Of a stretch of 64,000 bases of DNA, positions 23,101 through 33,126 are shown piece by piece. The stretch comes from Cyanidioschyzon merolae (lineage: Eukaryota). The stretch's first letter is position 1; the number at the start of each line of letters is the position of its first letter. The notes under the pieces were generated by a model. It did no database searches, was not told where the DNA came from, and was given only the letters and a program-made list of their open reading frames with translations. The stretch is from assembly GCA_000091205.1 (NCBI GenBank), contig AP006493.2; one strand, given 5' to 3'. The translations under genes were made by a program, and so were the position numbers.

Positions 23101-25029
23101 ACCAAACTACCGCTGCACAAGCACGCCAGCATTGCACCAGCACTAGTACCAGGAGCACGCTGGCAGGCGCTCAACGCGCTGGCACGTCCACAGCAGGGCG
23201 TCTTTTGCTGGCCACGGCATCGAGTAGCCACGCAGGTAGCGTGCCGGGTATCCAGCACGCCGCTGTATCCGAAGCAACTGAACTCGGACCGCTCTTCTCT
23301 CAAGCTTGCAACCAGATCGTCCGCGACGTCCTCGACGATACCAAACGAAGCGAGACAGCACAGTTATACGCGCTGTTGCAGCAGCTCGACTGGTATGAAG
23401 CGCATTCTCCGACGATGTTGAACGCGCTTTTTGGCTCGGATGATCCGGTACAGGTCGCATGGGCCATGCAGCAGCGCTTCGAGATGCAAACCGAGCGCTA
23501 TCGACGAGGTGAGGTCTCCACAGCGGAACTCGCTCTCGCTAACGAGGAATCCCTGGAGATCTGGTTGCATGAAATGGGAAAGCTCTCGGAGGTGCATCCT
23601 GCGGCAGCAGCGCAGTCGATAAGCCCCACTGCACTCGACAATGTCGTTGCTCGGCAGGTCGACAAGGCGCATCGCCACGTGAATGCAGCAAACGCACCGG
23701 TTGCTACAACGAATACGACAAGTGCGCGTACTTCTTGTACTGCTTCTGCTTCTGCTTCTGCTATGCCTCATGATCAGCACGATGGCGAGCGGTCGGCAGG
23801 CGCGAACGTGCACCTTGCGAGTACGCACGGCACGGCAGCGTTTTCCGCTGCTGCTGCTGCTGCTGCCACCAGCGCTGCCGCACCTTCACCGTCGTCGCTA
23901 CCGGCGCTGACCAGTACAGCACCGGATCTGCTCTTCATATGCAATGTAGGAGGCCTCGTCTGTGTCTACAACCTACAGAACGGTTTCCGGTACCTGTTTA
24001 CATGGGAACCTTGTCAGTTTCGGGACGCCGCCAGCGACACCTGCCTCAACGGCTGGTTCCTGCTCCCGCACAGCGCAGCAAGGGATGAGCTTTCCGCGGG
24101 ACATGCGCTTCCGCCTTCGCCACCTGTAGATGCGCTATGTCCCTTGCAGACGCTGCATGCCGCGAGCGCACTCTTCGTGCCTATCACGACCATGGAGGCG
24201 TCTCCTTGGGTAGTTTGCCCGAAAAATCCACAGCCGATACCCTGCTCCACTGCTGATCATCAGCGTCGTGAGCATTCAGCAACGGTTGCTTCGTTATTGG
24301 GTATTCGACGGGAGCACTGGCTTCGAAGCGCATCAGCGCAAGACTTGTCCAATACCTCGACGCCGTCAAGCGGTCTCGGTCTGCTGGTCTGTGATCTGAC
24401 ACTTTCGCTGGTGCCGTGGGAGCTCCTGCTCGAAACACCTTTGATGCGCGCGTTTTCTCTGCGGGATCACTGCGATCGATGCACTTGTCTCGATCACGAT
24501 GCAGCTGACATTGCCCAGCTCGTGGTGTTTCAGTCGCCGCTTCCAGGTCCGATGCTCGCGACGCACCGCACCGAAGAAGCAGTTGGTGATCGTCTGGTAT
24601 TCGCACCGGATGATGTCGATGTCGATGACAAGACGCTGGAAACGCCTCGCATTTCGGCGACAGCAACTGCATCCACGTGCAGTCTCCGCGCTCGCAGCGT
24701 TGTAGCTGCACATCAAGCGGCCCTTACCGGGGATACCGAGATGCGTCCTGAGCGAGACGTTGCGTCCACGAGCGATCACAAGTGTTCAGGGCCTAACCGT
24801 GGCATCTGCTCGGGGTGGTGTTGGTCCGCGGATACGAATTGGGAAACGACGGGAAGCGGAAACCTCATCTGCGCAGCACCAGCAACACCAGCACTGGATG
24901 CAAAAGATCCAACATGGTTGCCATACCAGCTCAGCGACGGTGCAGAGCATCCAGAGCCGCTCCTGTGCATCGATGGTGTTTCGCTGGCGTCGGTTACCAG
25001 CCGTTCCTCAATACACGATGCTCGTGCTA

Positions 25030-25072
<43 letters not shown>

Positions 25073-25880
25073 GAATCGGGGCGTTGCTCTGGAGCCTCTG
25101 GTCCAAGTGCTCCCGCTGACGGCTCGTGAGGCGGCGTTACGAACGGATGATCACGAACGTCCAGGTCTCGGTATTCAAGCACGATCTAGTGCTGGTGCTA
25201 GCCAAGAAGCACATCTTGACCAGCTGACGTCTGTGCTTGCAGCCGGCAATGCTGCAGCGACCTGCGCGCCACCAGCGCCCGAAACAAGCTCGTGTTTGGT
25301 GACTGGTACGCAACAACAGCTACCGCACGTGACGCCAAGTGCTTCCATGTTGCCGCAGTTCTCCGGCCAGTCTCCAGCATGCTTGTCAGCAGCACCGACA
25401 GCTGGTACCACCGGGAAACATCGCCTGCTGCAGCAAACGACCGGTGCATCCGATGCGCCTTTCGGAGATGAGCGGGCACGCCCAGGAACACCACTGACTT
25501 GCAGCGGTGATACCGCACCACGCTCGAGCAGTTTTGGAACCCCGATGGCAACCACGACAACAATGTCAAGTTCGCTGCCTCATGGATCGAACCGGAGCAC
25601 CGCCAGTGACCTAATCGCTGCACTCGGGGTGTTCCCGTTCCACGAGTTGGCGTATCCAGGTCGGGTGCTTCGTGAGATACGCGCAGTCTGTCCGAGCTCG
25701 ATTACCGCTTTTGTGCCGCTGCCGTACTTGCCCTTGTTTGAGCGTGCGGTGCTTCAAGTGCTGCATATCCACGAAGGAAACCGACGGGTGCGTTCTGTTC
25801 AGCAGCTCGTGGAGACCCTGCTGCGTACTTTTCTTGAGCAACAGATTCCAGTGGCTTTTGTACATGGTCATTTCGACTGA
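17169..25880 (+). CDS. Giant hypothetical protein (~2900 aa from the first ATG; the ORF is open from 17028 with GTG). Extremely Ser/Ala/Thr/Pro-rich with poly-Ala, poly-Ser and poly-Thr runs, plus central and C-terminal alpha-helical Leu-rich blocks.
   Basis: Single uninterrupted 8.85 kb ORF ending in TGA at 25878-25880. Embedded coding microsatellites include (TCG)8 at ~23051 and (ACT)6(GCT)9 at ~25021-25075. No recognisable enzymatic domain. Confidence 0.55.
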
Positions 25881-26166
25881 AAAAGAACGAAGAGCGGCCG
25901 AGCCGATCGCGCTCAACTCGTGCTGCACTGCGCGCTATGTAGACTCGCGTGTGCTTGACAACTTGTCCATGCACTGGACGCTGTATAAACCAGAGTGTCC
26001 ATACTGGATTCCCTAGAGCGCTGTGCGCTGTAAACGCGCATATACGCGACGCCTTGTCCGTAGGTGAGTGCGTCTCCTCAACATAGGACGGTGCCCTGGC
26101 ACGAAAGTGCTGGAACAAGCACCCAACGAGCGCGCAAAGACGCGCTTCTTCGGTGCCAGCGCCACA

Positions 26167-26186
26167 AAACACACACACACACACAC
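26167..26186. repeat. (AC)10 dinucleotide microsatellite.
   Basis: acacacacacacacacacac read directly. A (TG)n counterpart lies at ~11651-11675. Confidence 0.9.
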
Positions 26187-26418
26187 AGATCCAGCAACTG
26201 GAACGTGCAGCCAGACTCGTGCAAAGAGCGGGACGCCCGCAGGCGTTGGCCGCTTCACGGAAAACATACACACCTCAGCGTCACCACGGTATTGGGTATC
26301 GATCGATTATCGCACTGCAGGATTCTCGTGACGTCCTGCTTCGGAATGCCGCCTATACTAGACGCTGTGTTCGTATCCTGTCCCCGGACAGGTAACCATG
26401 CATCCCAAATACATGCAG

Positions 26419-27204
26419 TCATTCGGACTTGCTGTTCAGAACAGAGGTGGCTTGCGAACTCGGAGGTCGCTCCGCTGGAATCGCTGCAGATGCGGATCCA
26501 GGAACAACGGGGCCCGCTTGATGGACAAGGAGTCCTCGTTCCGTGGATAGGCTGAGAGAGCTTTTGGTGCTACCATTTAAACCACCACCACCACCACCAC
26601 CACCACCACCACCCAAGGCCCGCATGATGCCCAGAATGAGCATCACCGCTGTGCCGGCAGCGCCAATGACCCACTTGATCACGCGGTTCTCGATTCGCTC
26701 CAACTCGGTGTAGATCTGAGCCATGAACGTTTCGACTTTCTTTTCCACGAGCTGGAGATCACTTCTCAATACAGCAAAGTCTGCTTTTTCAAGGATTTGC
26801 ATCTCGCTCTTGAGAGCTGAGAACTCGGCCTTGGTGGCAACCACCTCGGTGTTATAGGCCAGCGCATCTGCGATGATCTGTGAGAGCGCACTCGATAGCG
26901 CTTCTGCTTGTTTAGGTGTAAACTCTGATGCTTCAAATACTCTGACAAGCTTCAAGGTATCGAAAGCGATCCGTTGTCCAGCTGGAGCGCGCTGCTCGCC
27001 GCAAGCGCGGAACCTCCGCACGTCCACGGGCGCTCGTAAGCGCCCCGCAACAACAAGAGGCAGCAGGCCTGCGGCTGTTGGTAAAGTGCCTGGAACCCCT
27101 TTTCTACAGGTTTGCTGTTGCAGCAGCTGCAGCGAGAGCAGAGGTGAACCTGCCCGTCCGAGTGACCAGGCACTTGGCAAGAGCGTACGCCAGGTACCGC
27201 CCAT
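26419..27204 (-). CDS. DUF1640 family protein (yeast Fmp32 / human CCDC90B-MCUR1-like), probably mitochondrial, with a C-terminal transmembrane anchor and a (Gly)13 tail tract.
   Basis: FDTLKLVRVFEASEFTPKQAEALSSALSQIIADALAYNT...coiled coil...IKWVIGAAGTAVMLILGIM is the DUF1640 architecture. The ORF is open to 27432 but that codon is TTG; the first ATG is at 27204. The Gly run is encoded by (CCA)n at 26581-26613. Confidence 0.65.
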   Translation of the reverse strand: MGGTWRTLLPSAWSLGRAGSPLLSLQLLQQQTCRKGVPGTLPTAAGLLPLVVAGRLRAPVDVRRFRACGEQRAPAGQRIAFDTLKLVRVFEASEFTPKQAEALSSALSQIIADALAYNTEVVATKAEFSALKSEMQILEKADFAVLRSDLQLVEKKVETFMAQIYTELERIENRVIKWVIGAAGTAVMLILGIMRALGGGGGGGGGGGLNGSTKSSLSLSTERGLLVHQAGPVVPGSASAAIPAERPPSSQATSVLNSKSE

Positions 27205-27452
27205 GAGGACGACAAACCGGGACCGGGTGGAACGCAAACGTACCGGCGTTGGCGAAGCGCGGCTTCTGGTGCGCTTTCCACCACGCGTCCTGGATACACC
27301 TGTGTCGGCGGACAGAGTCGAGTGCACTGGATAGAAGCTGTGTCGGTATGTTTGGATTGTTGGTGATTGTGGTGAACGGCGGGCTTTGCGGGTAGTTCTA
27401 CGAGTTGTTGCTTTTTTATCGACGGTTTTCAATACGCCGCTATCTCCGTAGT

Positions 27453-28629
27453 CCCTTGTTCTGATGCCAGCAGTGGACAGGTACGAACGATGGCAGCGAT
27501 ACCCAAGTGCCGATTGCTCTGCTTCCGGTGCTTATCGACGACGCATTCAATGGACCGGCAAAAGATGCGACCCGTGCTGCACTTGCCGTTCCCCATGTCC
27601 TATGCATCAAGCCTTGACGTACCGTTCGCAGTGCCGGCACTTGACTGCTTGCAGGGATTTTCATGCGTCTAGTACATGTCTCATTCTCCGCCGAGGCCTA
27701 CCCTGCGGTGCTCCAAGCCTGGCTACAGAGCGCTCCACTCGATACCCGCGTTCGATTTTCGCACCCAGTGCAGTGTCCTAGGAGCACGCGCTTCTTCCAG
27801 GCGATGCTCTCAGCGAGTACGCGATCCGCTGCATACGCAAGCGCATACTCTGGTAATCGATCGGGGGTTTGCGGACTCCGATGCCGTCCCTGATGACGAA
27901 ACGATCACAGCAACGAAAACAATGCAGCAAGTTGAGAAGTATCGATGCATCGAGGCTCCCGCAGTGCAACGCGGTGACGTACGCTCCACTCGAGGCGATT
28001 GCTCCAACGACGCTCGTTCGAGTCCGGGTCCCTCGTCGATGCAAACCGCAGAGACTGGAGTCTCCCGGTGCGTATACCGATCGATATATCTCGCTGTTGC
28101 GGAATGCCGTCTCGTTAACCGTCACGAAGCACAGAGGATTCGTCTTTCAAACGGGACTTATGATTGTTCGTGACAAGTCCGGACCACTTTGGGGCAGGCG
28201 CTTGCGGCCAGGTTACCAAACGACGTCGTCGATACTGGTCTTCATGGTCAGTCCAGCGGCGCGACTGGTATTGAAACAGATACATCCATGAACGATAATG
28301 TGTGATGCTCATTTGCAACACGTCAGGAACTGAGAAGCATTGGAGGCTGCAACGTAAGCACTGGGCAGTGGTATCGGGTATTCCAGGATCACGCTTGGTG
28401 GCGGGCGTTGTAACTCATCGTGATTCCAGTGTCGTACCGAATACTTGCGACAAAGCATCGCAGGTCCCGGTCCTGAACCAAGACCCAGAATCCTGAAACG
28501 AGGTATGCATCCGGCATTGCATATGATTTCTCCTCGAGTATCGAGACTGAGCATCCGAGAAAACGGCTGGTAAGATTTGAAGCCAGAATCACAGCGAGCA
28601 TTCCAGAGCTTCACTCTAATCTGAGACGC
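27453..28629 (+). repeat. Dispersed repeat family, copy A (~1.18 kb, 5'-truncated by ~125 bp relative to copies B and C).
   Basis: Near-identical to 31327-32638 and 55970-57271, with a handful of SNPs. Same orientation. No TIRs, LTR-like ends or target-site duplications are evident, and there is no convincing ORF. It abuts the 5' end of the DUF1640 gene. Confidence 0.85.
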
Positions 28630-28991
28630 TTATAGAACGCATTCGTATGCGTTCTAGATGCCCTAACTCCGGTACCAATCTCTGGAGCAGCTCCCGCACT
28701 CGGCAGCATTCCGAACGACACCATGATATCATGAAGCGAACTGGTGCTCGCCCGTTCGCTGCACTGCAGATCGTAAAGAGGCCCTCTTCCCTTCACCATC
28801 ACTGCGCGAGCAAGCAGGCACGTTCGGGCGAGCTCACCATCCACAGATCAACCGAACCGTTGTGGAGTGTGCTCATACGCGGAGCGACTGCATCCGACGC
28901 TTCCCAGGCTTGCGCGCTCGTCTCGGTATCGATGCCTCCGGGGATACCGCCAGCATCTGCTCCCGTCACTCACACAGATGATAACCTGTTT

Positions 28992-30974
28992 CTATGCCAA
29001 GCCAACAACATAATCTTCCTGATTCTTGTCCAGTTGTTGTAGGATGCTTTGTGCAATGTAGTCCGCTGCACCAGCTTGACCCATCACGAGCGCGGCTTGT
29101 TCCCGCAAAAACGCACATATCGACGCTCGCTGGGCGGTATCACGTAGCGCGCTGCAAACTCGGAGCACCGCCTTGGAGACTGCGTCGCCATGCTCTCGCT
29201 GCGGATCCGCGAGGATAACACTCGGGCCAAGGAGACGTCCTTGGGCCTCCCAGAAACCTCTTGTGAACTGAGGTCCTCTCCCCGGTGACGTGATCACTGG
29301 TTTACCCAAACCTACCGCCTGCTCTGTCGCAGTACCGGCACATGCGAACACCAGGTCGGCTCGCTGAAGACAAAGTTTCAGCGGATTTCCTGTCACCAGA
29401 GAAGATTCGCTAGACGATTGCGAACTCCAGAATCGGAGACGATGGCCGCCACTTGCGTACAGCATTTCACCAGTAGATTCTTGGGTAACATCAGCGCTAT
29501 CTCTGGATGCATCTTCCGTCGAGTGGTTTGTCGGATGCCAGCCGAGCTTTTGAGCGAGCCCGCCTAGACAAGCACAGTCCAGTGTAGAGGCAACGGGAAC
29601 CTCCAGCGAGAGCCGGATATCGTCAGCGTTCGTGAGCGCCTGCTCCAGCTCGCTCAGCATCCGTTCCCAGTTTCGATACGCCTCGGGGGCTCGCGAGCCC
29701 GGCAGCACCGCAACCACTAGGAAAGGCTCTGCGTCGTGCACCCGATGCGACTCGATATCCGCGGTTTCCGTTAGATCATCGAGCATGGGATTGAGTGCAT
29801 AGGGCGCCACTCGTGGAACATCTAAGCGCGATAGGTTGCGAGCCGTCAGCTGATCCCGAACGTAAACACCCGCAGTACCGAGACGCCGCATGAGCCAACG
29901 CTCCCACGGCAAATAGACGCTGGATCCTGTTAGGAGCGCTTCGAAAAGCCTCGCAAGTCGCCAGAAGAACGGAGCGCGCCAAATCCTATACCGACGATAC
30001 ATGAAGACTGCATATTGGACATCCAGAAGCAGCAGGCGCAGAAAGCGCCAGCAACCTTGGAGTCTCGCGTGCCAGCCGGGCGCCCTAGCCGCTGCACCCA
30101 GGCAAAAGCGAGACGCTTCGCTTGTGTTCAGGCCGTACACCCAGCGATCGCTGGTCCACCGATGAGGATACGGTTGCATAAATAACCATTCGCCGGCGGG
30201 ACTCTGAAGATAGAGGTCTGATTTTGCCGTCCCAATGAAGACGCCGTGTTGGACGCCGCTCTGGACTGCCAGGAAGAGCGGCCATACATCGCCGACCGCC
30301 AAGACGACGAAGCGCACCGACCGCAACATGTAAGCCGGCACCTGGGTGCTCTTCTCATGCAGCCAATATCGACTGCGCCTCCATTGTCCAATGACGATAC
30401 GAAAAAGACCTGCGGCGATATCGCGGAGCAATGCCCATGGTCGAGCGTAGATGAAGCCTCCACTCGGCAACGTTGCGCGAGGTTGCAGGAGACACAGACT
30501 GGGGACCCTGTTCGGCATCGCTGAGGCGTTGCTTGTCGCGGGCTCTTGATGCAGCTCGAGCGCCAGCTCTTGAGCGAGCCGCATATAGGCACTGCCAATG
30601 CCGACCAGCGGCAGCACATCCACGTGCAACCAAGACGAGGTATGGTGGTAGAGAGCGCGAAGTACCTGGGCAGCAACGAGGTCCTCTCCGTGTCCGTTAC
30701 TCAAACACAGCGCCACCGTGCCTTCAGGAGCGACCGCTTTCCCGTCGACATGGGCACCTGTCTGGGCTCGCAGCAGGTTTCCAGCAGCAGGTCGGGCTCG
30801 TCGCTTTGCAACCCGTTTCTGTGGCGGGTACGTCAAGTTTACGAACCGTCGAGGGGCATGTTCCAGCGGCTTGACCGACACCACCCGCCTCGACTGGCGC
30901 TGGACGGGCACTAGCCAGCCCGTCCCGAGCGAAGCACCTCTTCGGTGGCCTTCGAGTGTCCGGTGTGGACTCAT
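28992..30974 (-). CDS. Lipid-A-disaccharide synthase (LpxB)-like glycosyltransferase family 19 protein, 660 aa, with a long central insertion and an Arg-rich N-terminal extension.
   Basis: ATG at 30974. LpxB-type motifs: N-terminal LSNGHGEDLVAAQVLRAL (cf. VAGEASGD..GA.LI.AL), VLPGSRAPEAYRNWERMLSE (cf. LPGSRGAEVEMLS) and FACAGTATEQAVGLGKPVI (cf. ASGTAALE....CPMVV). Confidence 0.55.
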   Translation of the reverse strand: MSPHRTLEGHRRGASLGTGWLVPVQRQSRRVVSVKPLEHAPRRFVNLTYPPQKRVAKRRARPAAGNLLRAQTGAHVDGKAVAPEGTVALCLSNGHGEDLVAAQVLRALYHHTSSWLHVDVLPLVGIGSAYMRLAQELALELHQEPATSNASAMPNRVPSLCLLQPRATLPSGGFIYARPWALLRDIAAGLFRIVIGQWRRSRYWLHEKSTQVPAYMLRSVRFVVLAVGDVWPLFLAVQSGVQHGVFIGTAKSDLYLQSPAGEWLFMQPYPHRWTSDRWVYGLNTSEASRFCLGAAARAPGWHARLQGCWRFLRLLLLDVQYAVFMYRRYRIWRAPFFWRLARLFEALLTGSSVYLPWERWLMRRLGTAGVYVRDQLTARNLSRLDVPRVAPYALNPMLDDLTETADIESHRVHDAEPFLVVAVLPGSRAPEAYRNWERMLSELEQALTNADDIRLSLEVPVASTLDCACLGGLAQKLGWHPTNHSTEDASRDSADVTQESTGEMLYASGGHRLRFWSSQSSSESSLVTGNPLKLCLQRADLVFACAGTATEQAVGLGKPVITSPGRGPQFTRGFWEAQGRLLGPSVILADPQREHGDAVSKAVLRVCSALRDTAQRASICAFLREQAALVMGQAGAADYIAQSILQQLDKNQEDYVVGLA

Positions 30975-31326
30975 GGGACGCTACGGGCGCTCGGAAAGCT
31001 TGTTCGAGAAACGCACCCAGTCCAAGAGAGCCGACAGAGGCTCGTACCCGCCCGCTACCAGCCCTACCGCCCGCAACGCTGAGCTTGTCGGAAAACTGCC
31101 AAAGACCGTCGACTGCATGACGCAGCGGTGTCATGGGAACGTGGACTGGATACGATTGCGGAGCTTCTGGTATTCGTTCGGGTCAACGGGGACGATGGAC
31201 TTGAGGATCTGTAGAGTAGATTGAAGGAAGCCCAACTCGAGCGACGGGAGAGTCCAGCATCCTTGCACCGTACTGGTCGCTGTCTCGCAGACTCTTTGAT
31301 AAACTCATGCGATATTAGCGCAGGAT

Positions 31327-32638
31327 AAAACGGGTGCACTTGGGTAACTCGGGTGTACAGACTCCAGTTTGGGCTCTCTTTGCTCTGTCATAGACAGAAG
31401 CTTATGCAGGACGTTGCTTCTCCGGTATCCTCGTCTTCAAATACGACGGTATCTGGGGTGCCTTCAGGTCCCTTGTCAGCAGTGGACAGGTACGAACGAT
31501 GGCAGCGATACCCAAGTGCCGATTGCTCTGCTTCCGGTGCTTATCGACGACGCATTCAATGGACCGGCAAAAGATGCGACCCGTGCTGCACTTGCCGTTC
31601 CCCATGTCCTATGCATCAAGCCTTGACGTACCGTTCGCAGTGCCGGCACTTGACTGCTTGCAGGGATTTTCATGCGTCTAGTACATGTCTCATTCTCCGC
31701 CGAGGCCTACCCTGCGGTGCTCCAAGCCTGGCTACAGAGCGCTCCACTCGATACCCGCGTTCGATTTTCGCACCCAGTGCAGTGTCCTAGGAGCACGCGC
31801 TTCTTCCAGGCGATTCTCTCAGCGAGTACGCGATCCGCTGCATACGCAAGCGCATACTCTGGTAATCGATCGGGGGTTTGCGGACTCCGATGCCGTCCCT
31901 GATGACGAAACGATCACAGCAACGAAAACAATGCAGCAAGTTGAGAAGTATCGATGCATCGAGGCTCCCGCAGTGCAACGCGGTGACGTACGCTCCACTC
32001 GAGGCGATTGCTCCAACGACGCTCGTTCGAGTCCGGGTCCCTCGTCGATGCAAACCGCAGAGACTGGAGTCTCCCGGTGCGTATACCGATCGATATATCT
32101 CGCTGTTGCGGAATGCCGTCTCGTTAACCGCCACGAAGCACAGAGGATTCGTCTTTCAAACGGGACTTATGATTGTTCGTGACAAGTCCGGACCACTTTG
32201 GGGCAGGCGCTTGCGGCCAGGTTACCAAACGACGTCGTCGATACAGGTCTTCATGGTCAGTCCAGCGGCGCGACTGGTATTGAAACAGATACATCCATGA
32301 ACGATAATGTGTGATGCTCATTTGCAACACGTCAGGAACTGAGAAGCATTGGAGGCTGCAACGTAAGCACCGGGCAGTGGTATCGGGTATTCCAGGATCA
32401 CGCTTGGTGGCGGGCGTTGTAACTCATCCTGATTCCAGTGTCGTACCGAATACTTGCGACAAAGCATCGCAGGTCCCGGTCCTGAACCAAGACCCAGAAT
32501 CCTGAAACGAGGTATGCATCCGGCATTGCGTATGATTTCTCCTCGAGTATCGAGACTGAGCATCCGAGAAAACGGCTGGTAAGATTTGAAGCCAGAATCA
32601 CAGCGAGCATTCCAGAGCTTCACTCTAATCTGAGACGC
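31327..32638 (+). repeat. Dispersed repeat family, copy B (full length, ~1.31 kb).
   Basis: Near-identical to copies A and C. It lies between the LpxB-like gene start (~350 bp away) and the 3' end of the DHQD-SDH gene. Confidence 0.85.
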
Positions 32639-33126
32639 ATCTAGATCCTGAGCACATCCTTTCTGGCTCAGTGGCATGCGCCCAATCTGCGAGGACTTTC
32701 TCGAAAGCATTCGCTTTACGCCGTACTTCTTCATCACGTACTGATTAGAAACGGAGGCTGCGTCAAAAAGCGAGCGAGGTAGGCGCTCCGGGGTCCACGG
32801 ATCACAAGCCAAGCACCATGCATCCCGCATGACGACGTTACCTGCATCCGAGCATACAGATGCGCTATTGCAGGGCATCATGTCGCAGAGACGCATACAA
32901 GCTGCAGCGCATACCTGCAAGCGCTGGACGTGCTCTCTCGGACACTGTCCAACGGCGCCCCGGTCAAGCACTGCGGAACCAGGAAAGCATCCAAAATGCG
33001 CTATCCATTATGAATCTAGAAGCAGATCTGCACGACCTCGTCGAGGGCATCTTCTGATGCGCGTCAACGAAGTTGTTTCCGCTTTACATCCGAACCGACC
33101 GCTCTCTGTGTGGAACACGCGTACAG

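Noticed and set aside
27735-27760. tRNA-like TΨC-loop motifs (GTTCGATT and GTTCGAGTCC inside the repeat; GTCGAATCC at ~4761).
   Set aside because: The flanking bases cannot form the 5-bp T-stem or an acceptor stem. No cloverleaf could be built by eye, so no tRNA or SINE call is made.
27676-28291. 165 aa and 140 aa ORFs inside the dispersed repeat (present in all three copies) as a possible transposase or element-encoded protein.
   Set aside because: They have no similarity to any transposase, integrase or RT motif, are low-complexity Arg/Ser-rich, and the longest ORFs on the opposite strand differ between copies. The repeat appears non-coding.
32318-32971. 217 aa minus-strand ORF running from unique sequence into repeat copy B.
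   Set aside because: The corresponding frames in copies A and C stop within ~100 codons, and the unique N-terminal part has no recognisable features. It is probably a chance ORF in GC-rich DNA.
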